Below, piece after piece: positions 48,069 to 56,763 of a stretch of DNA of 64,000 bases. Source of the stretch: an uncultured Candidatus Saccharibacteria bacterium (lineage in GTDB: Bacteria > Patescibacteriota > Doudnabacteria > UBA920); contig CAZHIA010000005.1 in NCBI GenBank assembly GCA_964532425.1, forward strand, positions 66,772-130,771. Reading direction: 5' to 3'. The position numbers and the translations under genes are program-made. Numbering within the stretch: position 1 is the first letter of the stretch; each line of letters begins with the position of its first letter. Under the pieces are notes generated by a model. The model worked only from the letters and a program-made list of their open reading frames with translations, did not search any database and was not told the origin of the DNA.

Positions 48069-48150
48069 ACATTTAACCTTTAACCATTAACATGTAACAA
48101 ATCCGCATTGTCCGAGTGTCTAGGTCAAATGTCAAATGTCACATGTCAAA
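48069..48150. repeat. Heptamer TTTAAC/TTTGAC-family composite palindrome between the DUF4012 gene and ftsW.
   Basis: catttaac, ctttaac, cattaac on the left. gtcaaat, gtcaaat, gtcacat, gtcaaat on the right. Confidence 0.6.
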
Positions 48151-48155
48151 TGTTT

Positions 48156-49295
48156 CTATAAGTTTGACTGCCGTGAAATATTCAGCAGAATACCTACGCC
48201 GGCCATGGATGCAATGAGGGCTGTGCTCCCGTAGCTGAAAAATGGCAGCGGAATACCGGTGAGCGGCAGCAGATTTACCATAGCGCCTATGTTGATGACA
48301 GCCTGGAATCCGATGTACGCGACAATACCAACTGCAATCATTTTGCCGAAACCATCCGGCGCGTTTTTGGCAATTTTGATTCCCCGCAGGACAAACGCGA
48401 CAAATAATAGGATCAGTATGGTCACTCGGAAGAAACCCAATTCCTCGGCCATAATGGCAAAAATAGAATCCGTGGTCGTTTCGGGGAGATAGTTATATTT
48501 TTGGCGAGAGAGGCCGTAGCCATACCCCCATAAACCGCCGGAACCGATAGCTAAAAGCGCCTGGTTTATCTGGTAGCTGATCCCTTTGGGATCGATAGCC
48601 GGGTTTAAAAATGTCGTAATCCGGCGCGCTCGGTAGGGCTCAAATTTAATAAATGCCGCGAGCGCCAGCACCCCGGTGACAATAGTCCAAAAAAAATACC
48701 GCAAATTAATGCCACCGACGAACAACATGACCATGGAAGTAACGATAAGCACGATCATGGTACCCAAGTCCGGCTGCCATAAAATGAAAGCCGCAAAGAG
48801 CCCAATAATCAACAGCGATGGCAGAACGCCGAAATAAAAGTCATTCATGGCATGTTTTTTCCGGTCCGCCCAGGCTGCCAGGTATAAGATAATGACAAGT
48901 TTTGCGAATTCGCCCGGCTGCACCGAAATAAAACCCAGGTCGAGCCAGCGGACAGCACCCCCGGCCGAATATCCCATGCCTGGCATTTTGACGAGCACCA
49001 GACTGACCAGGGAAACAATAATCAGTCCCGGAAGCAGCTTGAGCCAAATGTGATAATCCAAACGGCTGCAAATATACAAAGCCACAGCTCCAACGAGTCC
49101 ACCATAGACTGCCTGATGGATGATATAATACGTAATCGTGCCGTGATCCTTATATGACTGGACCGTAGATGCGGAGAAGAGCACCATAAACCCGTACACC
49201 AGCAGCGCCAGGGTAATAAGCAGCACCGGTAAATCAATTTTTCCGTTTTTTGCTTTTTTCATTTCAGGAAGATTATGTAACCTCGAATATACCAA
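48156..49295 (-). CDS. ftsW: SEDS-family peptidoglycan glycosyltransferase FtsW/RodA
   Basis: 10-TM SEDS topology. Alternative start MKKAKNGKIDLP at 49262. Confidence 0.85.
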   Translation of the reverse strand: MVYSRLHNLPEMKKAKNGKIDLPVLLITLALLVYGFMVLFSASTVQSYKDHGTITYYIIHQAVYGGLVGAVALYICSRLDYHIWLKLLPGLIIVSLVSLVLVKMPGMGYSAGGAVRWLDLGFISVQPGEFAKLVIILYLAAWADRKKHAMNDFYFGVLPSLLIIGLFAAFILWQPDLGTMIVLIVTSMVMLFVGGINLRYFFWTIVTGVLALAAFIKFEPYRARRITTFLNPAIDPKGISYQINQALLAIGSGGLWGYGYGLSRQKYNYLPETTTDSIFAIMAEELGFFRVTILILLFVAFVLRGIKIAKNAPDGFGKMIAVGIVAYIGFQAVINIGAMVNLLPLTGIPLPFFSYGSTALIASMAGVGILLNISRQSNL

Positions 49296-49317
49296 ATCCC
49301 TAAATGGGGAAAACTAG

Positions 49318-50727
49318 TCAGGAACGCGATAAATTCTTTACTAGTTCTTTAAAGCGTTCTCCCCTGTCTTTGTAATTTTTAAACATGCCGAAACTTGCGC
49401 ATGCGGGCGACAGCAGTACAACATCACCTGCTGTAGCAACAGAACGGGCTTGCCCGAGAATTTCTTCCATGGATGCAGCACCGGTCAGTACTTGCCCGTT
49501 AAATCCTCTTCCTTGTCCAAGCACTTCCCTGATCCGTTCAGCTTCCTGCCCTATGAGAATAACAGCTTTGATATTATGCGCCGAACGAATGACCTGTCCG
49601 AGCTCGGTAAAGTCGCTATGTTTGGTTGACCCCCCTAAAATAATAATCTCTGGTTCAGTAAAAGCTTTTATAGCGGCAATGGCTGTCTCAGGAACTGTAG
49701 AAAAAGAATCATTGTAGTATGCAACGCCTTCGTGGGCGCCAACCGGCTCAAGCCGATGTTCCAGCCCGGCAAAACTCTTAAGGACATCAGCCACCGCTTC
49801 CGGTTCGATGTCTAAGGCACCCGCTGCCGCGACCGCTGCGCAGACGTTCTCAAGATTATGACGCCCCTTCAGCTTAAGTTCATTGCATGGAAAGGAAAAA
49901 ATCCGTGGGAAGATTCCGACTGCGACCATTTGGTCCTGTTCGATAAAGCATCCCTCCCGCAGCTGTTCATGCGTGCTCACAGAAAGTTTCTTGTGAGCCT
50001 GCCCCATTTCACCAATGAGCCTGGTGGCGGGGTAGTCGATATTATAAATGGAAACATCTTCTCGCTTTTGATAGACCGTAAGCGAGCTTTTGGCAGCATG
50101 GTATTCGCGAATATGCCTATGTTGATCAAGATGCTCCTGGGTGACCATGAGACAAACCGCGATGTGAGGGCTTTTGTGCAGATCCTGAAGCTGGAAACTA
50201 GAAAGCTCGAATACCACTATATCGCGCTCCGTCATGTCATCCAAAAATTCGAACGGCTGGATCTTGCCGATGTTGCCGGTCAGGAACATTTGACCTTTGA
50301 CATTTGACCATTGACCATTCAACTTCAACATTTCATAAATAAGAGTGCTGGTGGTTCCCTTGCCTTTCGTGCCGGTCACTCCGACAATCTTACCCGGGCA
50401 GTGGTCAAAGAACCATTTGGTCTGGCTCGTGATTTTCAACCCCTTGTGTTCGGCCGCTAACAGATCAGGGTGCAGCCGCCATAGTCCCGGACTACGGAAG
50501 GCCGCGTGAAAGCCGGTAAGTTCTTTCAGACAGTCCGGACCGAAGATAAAATTGAGGTTGAGCGCTTTTATTTTTTCTTGTTCTTCCGGCGCCCATTGTT
50601 CCCACGGGCGCTGGTCAAAAAGCACGGGGGTAATGCCGTGCTTGAGCAAATATTCGGTAACAGCCTGCCCTTCGCGTCCAAAACCCAATACCGCGGTGAG
50701 TTTTTGATCCAAATCTTTGAGTTCCAT
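49318..50727 (-). CDS. murD: UDP-N-acetylmuramoyl-L-alanine--D-glutamate ligase
   Basis: Start at the ATG at 50727 (MELKDLDQKLTAVLGFGREGQAV). GVTGTKGKGTT is the Mur ligase P-loop. The track ORF extends further upstream through an overlap. Confidence 0.85.
   Translation of the reverse strand: MELKDLDQKLTAVLGFGREGQAVTEYLLKHGITPVLFDQRPWEQWAPEEQEKIKALNLNFIFGPDCLKELTGFHAAFRSPGLWRLHPDLLAAEHKGLKITSQTKWFFDHCPGKIVGVTGTKGKGTTSTLIYEMLKLNGQWSNVKGQMFLTGNIGKIQPFEFLDDMTERDIVVFELSSFQLQDLHKSPHIAVCLMVTQEHLDQHRHIREYHAAKSSLTVYQKREDVSIYNIDYPATRLIGEMGQAHKKLSVSTHEQLREGCFIEQDQMVAVGIFPRIFSFPCNELKLKGRHNLENVCAAVAAAGALDIEPEAVADVLKSFAGLEHRLEPVGAHEGVAYYNDSFSTVPETAIAAIKAFTEPEIIILGGSTKHSDFTELGQVIRSAHNIKAVILIGQEAERIREVLGQGRGFNGQVLTGAASMEEILGQARSVATAGDVVLLSPACASFGMFKNYKDRGERFKELVKNLSRS
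50286..50325. repeat. Heptamer TTTGAC block inside murD.
   Basis: On the coding strand tggtcaa atgtcaa aggtcaa is 21 nt. It adds WSNVKGQ between the conserved EMLK..G and GNIG. Confidence 0.6.
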
Positions 50728-50806
50728 TGTAATTAATTTTACCACTTTTTCAAGGATTCTCAAAATTAAAAGGGAGCCGCTTAAGCGACCCCTTGCCAGC
50801 CGGCTG

Positions 50807-51613
50807 CTAGGCCGGCGTAATTTCGTACCGCGGTCCATGGCTGCCAATGCACCGCTCGCCGCCAAGACCTTCAAAAAGCAAGGCCCAGCCTCCGCACTGC
50901 GGATCAAAGGCGAATGTCTCCCGGGCACCGGTCGGTTTTCCTGCTTCGTCTGTTCTTTCGATCGTAAGCTCGGACCGCAAATCGGATACAACCTGGACCG
51001 TATCGATGACAAGACCGCCTTCCTTGATCTGAACTTTTGCCCCTGGTTCAAACAACACCCGGCCTGACCGATCACGTTTAGCCACGTATCCTGCGGTTGC
51101 GGTGCCAGTTTCGTTGCTGGCACAATCGAACTCGCACTTGCCAAACGGAATAGTAGGCGGGATGTTCAATTTGCACACAGCAGTCGCGAGCGCACTTAAG
51201 GCAATAAAACCGATCTTCGGCTGTTTTGACGCTTGGTCAGCAAGAGCCATAGGCAACCGGAAGACTTCTTTCAGATCAGCGGTGTTCTCCAAGGCTGACC
51301 CAAGCCCACAACTTTCTTCCAGCCAGTCCCCCTCGGGGCCATCGATCACCACCGGATACACGTATGTGAGTACGTCTTCATGGTCTATATGACCTTTGTG
51401 AAAAACGTGCCAGGGCGTGAAGTATGAAAAGTCCGTCCCGCGGCAGATTTGGGACAGAATGACATCCCAATCCCACTGCTTCGGATCCGTGTCCAAGCCT
51501 TCCGGCCAAAAGACACTTTCTCCGTCTTGATGATTGTCCAGCACGACGACTCTCGAGAGTTCCGCCCCTTGTTCAGTTACTTTGCGTACGACTCCAACTG
51601 GTACGATGAACAT
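50807..51613 (-). CDS. hypothetical protein (268 aa, acidic)
   Basis: Strong SD gaggagga. No family recognised. Confidence 0.55.
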   Translation of the reverse strand: MFIVPVGVVRKVTEQGAELSRVVVLDNHQDGESVFWPEGLDTDPKQWDWDVILSQICRGTDFSYFTPWHVFHKGHIDHEDVLTYVYPVVIDGPEGDWLEESCGLGSALENTADLKEVFRLPMALADQASKQPKIGFIALSALATAVCKLNIPPTIPFGKCEFDCASNETGTATAGYVAKRDRSGRVLFEPGAKVQIKEGGLVIDTVQVVSDLRSELTIERTDEAGKPTGARETFAFDPQCGGWALLFEGLGGERCIGSHGPRYEITPA

Positions 51614-51737
51614 GATTCCTCCTCATGAACGAATCTGAGCAGTATATAACTAAAAAAGCTTATTGGCAATACCGCCAAAAGCCTAAAAGGAATCAGCACC
51701 AAAACCCTCAGAACGATGGCTTCTAAGGTTGCATGAA

Positions 51738-53303
51738 TTACGATCTCCGCAGCGCGTAGCCGGGCAAATTCCCGGTTAGCTTACCATCCGCTACGACTGG
51801 CCTGCCGTTTACGAATACGTAGGCAATGCCCCGGGCATATTGGTAGGGATTTTGATAGGTTGCCGCGTCACTCATCGTTCTTGTATCAAACAATACAAGG
51901 TCAGCGAAATTACCTACCTTAATAGTCCCGCGGCGCTTGAGTCCGAGTTTTGCCGCCGGACCTCCGGTAAGTTTAAATACTGCGTCTTCGAGCGGCAATG
52001 AATTCGTAGCAATGGTATCCTTGAGAAATTTTGGAGCTGTGCCGAAACAGCGAGGGTGAACCAGGCGATCCTGGGTATTGATACTAAACCCCCCACCGTC
52101 GGTCGTAATAAACGACAGCGGGTGACAAGATAGGTCTTTAACCTGCTCCTCGCTGAGGTTACGTTCAAAAACCATCACTTCGCTGCCGCCGTTTTGAATA
52201 ATATTCAAAGCAGCCTCTTCGCTTGAAGTTTCCATATTCGCGGCAATCTGCCCAATGGTCTTCCCTGAAAAGTTCAGCTTATTGGCAGTTGAGGCCACGA
52301 TAAGGTCAGCAAATTTGACTCCGCTGTTGCTTAAAAATGACAAGATCTTCCTGCGCTGGATCGGATCGTTGAAATGTTTAAACATTAACGATCTGCCTCC
52401 CTCATAAGCCCATTTGGGCAAGTACGAGTACAAGACCTGCCAGATCGTATCATACGGGTACAGGTCAAAATGCACATTTAGTCCGCGGTGAAAGGCGGTG
52501 TCTATGTGCTGCATCAATCCTTCGTATTTGTTCCAGTTCTGCTTGCCGCGTATCTTGAAATGCGAGATCTTCAAATTAATCTCCGATGCGCGGGCAATAT
52601 CTAACGCCTCGTCTACAGCCTCCAAAACCTCCGCACCTTCGCTGCGCAAATGAACGGAAAGCAGGGCGCCTTTTTTGGCGACGATCTTTGCCAGTTCATA
52701 AAGTTCAAATTCGGAAATTATAATCTCATGAGCATATGAGAGTCCGGTAGAAAGGCCAAATGCCCCGGCTTCCAAACTATCTTCAAGTGCGCGCTTGATG
52801 CTCGCCAGTTCGGATTTTTCCAAGCCCCTGATCTGGTCGCCGACGAGGCCGCGACGCAGTGTTGAATACCCGACCAGCGTGGCTATATTACAGGCAAAGC
52901 GCCGCCGGGACAGTTCTTCAATAAATTCGGAAAACGACTGCCAGTTAACATTCAGTCCTTCGAGCGGGTGCCATTTCTGGATAGAAGCCAGAGCCTCATG
53001 CGAAAGCAGCGGTGCCAAGCTCGCGCCGCAATTCCCGACCAAGATTGTGGTAAAACCCTGCGTAGTCAAACTGTCGAGCCCTGGGTTGTCGAAGATCTGC
53101 CAGTACCCATCGCTGTGATTCTGGACATCAATAAAGCCGGGGGCCAGCACCAGATCGGACCCGTCGATGACGGATTGTGCAGAGGTTTGGATATTGTCGG
53201 CAATCGCGACAATCTCATCTCCCTGGACAGCAACATCCTTATGCGATCCCTTCTTGCCGGTTCCATCAATAAGAAGAGCGTTTTTTATGAGTAAACTGTA
53301 CAT
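51738..53303 (-). CDS. amidohydrolase-family D-aminoacylase (N-acyl-D-amino-acid deacylase-like)
   Basis: N-terminus LLIKNALLIDGTG ... metal-binding HxD ... large-insert domain typical of D-aminoacylases. Confidence 0.7.
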   Translation of the reverse strand: MYSLLIKNALLIDGTGKKGSHKDVAVQGDEIVAIADNIQTSAQSVIDGSDLVLAPGFIDVQNHSDGYWQIFDNPGLDSLTTQGFTTILVGNCGASLAPLLSHEALASIQKWHPLEGLNVNWQSFSEFIEELSRRRFACNIATLVGYSTLRRGLVGDQIRGLEKSELASIKRALEDSLEAGAFGLSTGLSYAHEIIISEFELYELAKIVAKKGALLSVHLRSEGAEVLEAVDEALDIARASEINLKISHFKIRGKQNWNKYEGLMQHIDTAFHRGLNVHFDLYPYDTIWQVLYSYLPKWAYEGGRSLMFKHFNDPIQRRKILSFLSNSGVKFADLIVASTANKLNFSGKTIGQIAANMETSSEEAALNIIQNGGSEVMVFERNLSEEQVKDLSCHPLSFITTDGGGFSINTQDRLVHPRCFGTAPKFLKDTIATNSLPLEDAVFKLTGGPAAKLGLKRRGTIKVGNFADLVLFDTRTMSDAATYQNPYQYARGIAYVFVNGRPVVADGKLTGNLPGYALRRS

Positions 53304-53448
53304 GGTCTCGAGGTGTTTGTTTTTTAGTAGTAATCTCTAATATACGAATCAAGCATAAATATCCGAATACCGCACACCGTACTTTGTTACTTGGAACGGC
53401 CAATAGCCATTCGCATATTTTGCGCTGTATTCGTTATATTCGAGATTA

Positions 53449-54489
53449 CTATCCGACAAAGAATATGATTATTCCAATGATACTCGTCACCGCAGCAATA
53501 ATCCAAAACCGCATGGTCACTTTCGTTTCCGGCCATCCTTTGGCCTGCAGGTGCAAGTGAACGGGTGATGACAGAAACAGCTTGCGCTTGAAAACTTTCT
53601 TCCAGAACATCTGGACCAGGAACGAGGCTGCTTCCAGGATGAATACGAATCCGGTACAAATCAATACGCCGATCGAGTTGGTTAAAAACGCGACAATCGC
53701 GAGCAGTACCCCAAGGCCCATGGACCCCGTATCCCCCATGAAGAACCGCGCGGGATATACATTGAACCATAAAAAGGCCAACAAGGAACCACAAATCACT
53801 CCAATGAAGCTTGCCAGGTTGTCGCGCCCCTGGAGGTATGCAATCAACCCATATGAAAAGAATGAGATCAGCAGCGTACCGCCGGCGAGTCCGTCTAGGC
53901 CGTCGGTTTCATTAACTGCAAAACTGGTACCTATGACCACCAGCAGGAAAAACGGAATGAACCAGATACCGAGATTTATACTGCCCATGAACGGGATATG
54001 GACGGAAGTAAATCCGAGTTTGAAGTAAAACCACCAGGCCCCGATCAGCGCAACCGCTGCGTACAGGAAAAATTTAACTCTGAAGCGCAAACCTCTGCCT
54101 TTATGGCCGAGGCGGTTGATGTCCAGCCAGTCATCAAGGAGACCGACGAGCGAAGCTCCAAACAGCGCACCCAGCGGCAACAACGTTTCCTTGCGAGTGA
54201 GAAAATTAAGCCAATGGAACGCGGATACATGGAATAGCCGGTCCATAGCCCAAAACAGGGAAATTAGCACGCACAACGTACCCCAGACCAGCACACCACC
54301 CATAGTAGGCGTGCCTTCCTTGCTTGCATGGAGCTTGGTAAAAATCGGGGTCGTTCCGTCGTTACGAATCTGCTTGCCGAGCCGGTATTTGTAAAGGAAA
54401 TTCGTCAGCAGCGGTGTACTGAACAGCGCCACAAGGAACGACAGCGATGTCAGGGTGAATATTTTAGTCAGCGGCGAGTAATAATCCAT
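53449..54489 (-). CDS. mraY: phospho-N-acetylmuramoyl-pentapeptide transferase
   Basis: DDWLDINRLGHKGRGL ... GDTGSMGLG. Confidence 0.9.
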   Translation of the reverse strand: MDYYSPLTKIFTLTSLSFLVALFSTPLLTNFLYKYRLGKQIRNDGTTPIFTKLHASKEGTPTMGGVLVWGTLCVLISLFWAMDRLFHVSAFHWLNFLTRKETLLPLGALFGASLVGLLDDWLDINRLGHKGRGLRFRVKFFLYAAVALIGAWWFYFKLGFTSVHIPFMGSINLGIWFIPFFLLVVIGTSFAVNETDGLDGLAGGTLLISFFSYGLIAYLQGRDNLASFIGVICGSLLAFLWFNVYPARFFMGDTGSMGLGVLLAIVAFLTNSIGVLICTGFVFILEAASFLVQMFWKKVFKRKLFLSSPVHLHLQAKGWPETKVTMRFWIIAAVTSIIGIIIFFVG

Positions 54490-54631
54490 AATAGCAATAG
54501 TATTTTAGCATGAAACTACTGTCCAAGGAAAAGATTGCTTTATTCCCGGGCAGCAGCAATGGATTTGCATCACGAGTACGCAGCTGCAGCTAACCCCCAT
54601 GCTTGCACCTGCCAGTTTTAGTGACTGTTTC

Positions 54632-55585
54632 CTACTTCCACTCAATATGGCCAAAAATCTCGTCTTTCAGGTCCAAGATATCCCGTTCACGATCCGAACT
54701 CCCGACCACTATTAAAATTACCGTATGGCCGCCTTGTGTAGATTTCACAGCCATTGAGCCACCCGAACCCTCAGTAAAGCCTGTTTTAATTGCTGTTATA
54801 TCGGCATGATGACGGATTAGCTTATTGGTCGCCTGGGTGGCATAGCTGATACCCGTAGCACCCTGAAGCTCGTACCGGGACAGCTTCCCCACCTCCCGGA
54901 ATGGCAGCAGCTTCTGGGTTGTTTGGATCAACTTAGCCAAGTCATTCGCACTCGAATAATTGTATTGGCTATCAAATCCCGTTGGGTTGGAAAAGCGGGT
55001 ATTTGCCATGCCTAACCGGCTTGCTTCATCATTCATGAGTGAAACAAAAGTTGTCGAGGCTTTGCTTTCGATGAATTTTGCCAGGGCCTGAGCCGCGTCA
55101 TTGCATGACCCGACCAACATAGCTTTCATGACATCCTCAGTGCGCACCTGATCGCCTGTCCTAAGACCAAGAATCGGGCTGGTACCAGTCAATCCTCCTA
55201 ATACCGTAACTTCGTCAGACATACTGAGCTCACGATATGCAACCAGGCCCGTCATCAGCTTGGTTAGGCTCGCAATGGGAAGCCGCTGGTCGGCATTACG
55301 ACTGGCCAGCACAGCTCCGGTTGCCTCATCGTATACTACGTAGCTTTTAGCCGAAATACGGGAGTCGTCGAACCCAGCCCCAAGAACGGGCTTAGAAACA
55401 GGCGGAAGCGCTGCCCCGCGGATCTGTACCGTGCTCGCGCCAAGGACTTGAGGTGCTTCCGCAGATGCCGGGCTCGGTCCTATGGCATCGGTATCCGGCT
55501 GCCGCAACATCATGTACCCTAAGCTCCATGCGCCAGCAATGAAGACCGCAATTGCTACACCGAATAATATTTTTATTTTTACCAT
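54632..55585 (-). CDS. D-alanyl-D-alanine carboxypeptidase (S11, PBP5/6-like)
   Basis: Signal peptide. SxxK (ASLTKLMT), SxN (GSCNDAA) and KTG (KTGFT). Confidence 0.85.
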   Translation of the reverse strand: MVKIKILFGVAIAVFIAGAWSLGYMMLRQPDTDAIGPSPASAEAPQVLGASTVQIRGAALPPVSKPVLGAGFDDSRISAKSYVVYDEATGAVLASRNADQRLPIASLTKLMTGLVAYRELSMSDEVTVLGGLTGTSPILGLRTGDQVRTEDVMKAMLVGSCNDAAQALAKFIESKASTTFVSLMNDEASRLGMANTRFSNPTGFDSQYNYSSANDLAKLIQTTQKLLPFREVGKLSRYELQGATGISYATQATNKLIRHHADITAIKTGFTEGSGGSMAVKSTQGGHTVILIVVGSSDRERDILDLKDEIFGHIEWK

Positions 55586-55647
55586 TCCTTGTTTATTTCT
55601 AGATAAAGCCTCGAATAGCTACTAGTATTATACGATGGCTGGAGTAA

Positions 55648-55676
55648 TTGACAAAGGCAATGTATGTGGATAAAAT
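55648..55676 (+). promoter_or_regulatory. Near-consensus promoter TTGACA-17-TAAAAT about 180 nt upstream of trxA.
   Basis: ttgacaaaggcaatgtatgtggataaaat. Confidence 0.5.
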
Positions 55677-55855
55677 ACACCCATGCACCAAAATCCTTAG
55701 ATGCCGCATTGTAGACCGCACCGCAGCGATCTTACAGAGCGGTTTGTTTATTGTTTAAGGGCTTTGATGCCAGGCACATTAGCTAACCAATTTCCCTCAC
55801 CGTTTTAGCTTTCAAATAAAGCCAAAAGTGAGTGGACTAAAATCAAGGACACATT

Positions 55856-56179
55856 ATGAATCCGGTTACTATTAACGAGCAAAACTTCGAACAAGAAGTT
55901 ATCAAATCCGACACCCCGGTATTAGTAGACTTTTGGGCAGTATGGTGCGGGCCGTGCAAAGTTATCGCCCCGGTGGTCGAAGAGCTCTCACAGGAATACC
56001 ACGGCAAGCTCAAAGTCGCCAAGGTCAATGTAGATGAGAATAACATGCTCGCCGGTAAATATGGCATCATGAGCATTCCAACCCTTAAAATCTTCAAAAA
56101 CGGACAAATTGTCGGTGAAATTATAGGAGCAGCGCCAAAAACCGCGATTGAAGCCGAGATCAAGAAACACGTAGCGTAA
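55856..56179 (+). CDS. trxA: thioredoxin
   Basis: WCGPCK active site. 107 aa. Confidence 0.95.
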   Translation: MNPVTINEQNFEQEVIKSDTPVLVDFWAVWCGPCKVIAPVVEELSQEYHGKLKVAKVNVDENNMLAGKYGIMSIPTLKIFKNGQIVGEIIGAAPKTAIEAEIKKHVA

Positions 56180-56187
56180 GACTTACA

Positions 56188-56214
56188 AAGACCCTCTTCG
56201 AGGGTCTTTTTTTG
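56188..56214 (+). terminator. rho-independent terminator of trxA
   Basis: aaagaccctc-ttcg-agggtcttttttt. Confidence 0.7.
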
Positions 56215-56363
56215 ATACCGTGAGATAATTATTCATTTTTTTGAAAAGCCTCATTATTATCGTGGTTCTCATACGTCATACAGAATATATAAGATAGAAA
56301 AATGTAAAAGGCGTCCAGTCTAATCTTTTTATTTTATATTTTTCTATTTTTAACACTTACTCT

Positions 56364-56672
56364 ATGGCCATAAATGATTTTGAGAACTTTTTAAACACAG
56401 TCAGGTATATGGATTATGAAGATGCCATAACTACCGCCGATGCCATGGCAACGAAACTTGAGAAGTCCCCGGGCAGGATGGATCGCAAGGAATCCCAGAT
56501 CCAGCATAATAAGGTCAGAGGGTTTCTCTATTGGATCAAAACGGGCAAAAAACCTACCGGGCTGACCACCCAGGAATTTCTTGAATTGCGCCCGGTGTGC
56601 GAAAATCTCATATCAAAAAAACAGCTGCACCCCACAGCGAGGGATATCTTTAAAAAATTTGGTAAATCATAG
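56364..56672 (+). CDS. hypothetical protein (102 aa)
   Basis: ORF followed by a terminator. No SD. Confidence 0.4.
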   Translation: MAINDFENFLNTVRYMDYEDAITTADAMATKLEKSPGRMDRKESQIQHNKVRGFLYWIKTGKKPTGLTTQEFLELRPVCENLISKKQLHPTARDIFKKFGKS

Positions 56673-56689
56673 TCTCACTGCGACCTTAT

Positions 56690-56720
56690 AAAACGCCGCC
56701 CACGGTACGGGCGGCGTTTG
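56690..56720. terminator. Bidirectional rho-independent terminator
   Basis: aaaacgccgccc-acggtac-gggcggcgttt. Confidence 0.65.
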
Positions 56721-56763
56721 TATATCTACGGAGGCGCTTGCTGCGCATTGAGTATCCACTTTA

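Noticed and set aside
49318-51144. 608-aa track ORF for murD
   Set aside because: The N-terminal 139 residues are low-complexity and overlap the convergent-frame gene 50807-51613. The MurD consensus N-terminus starts at the ATG at 50727.
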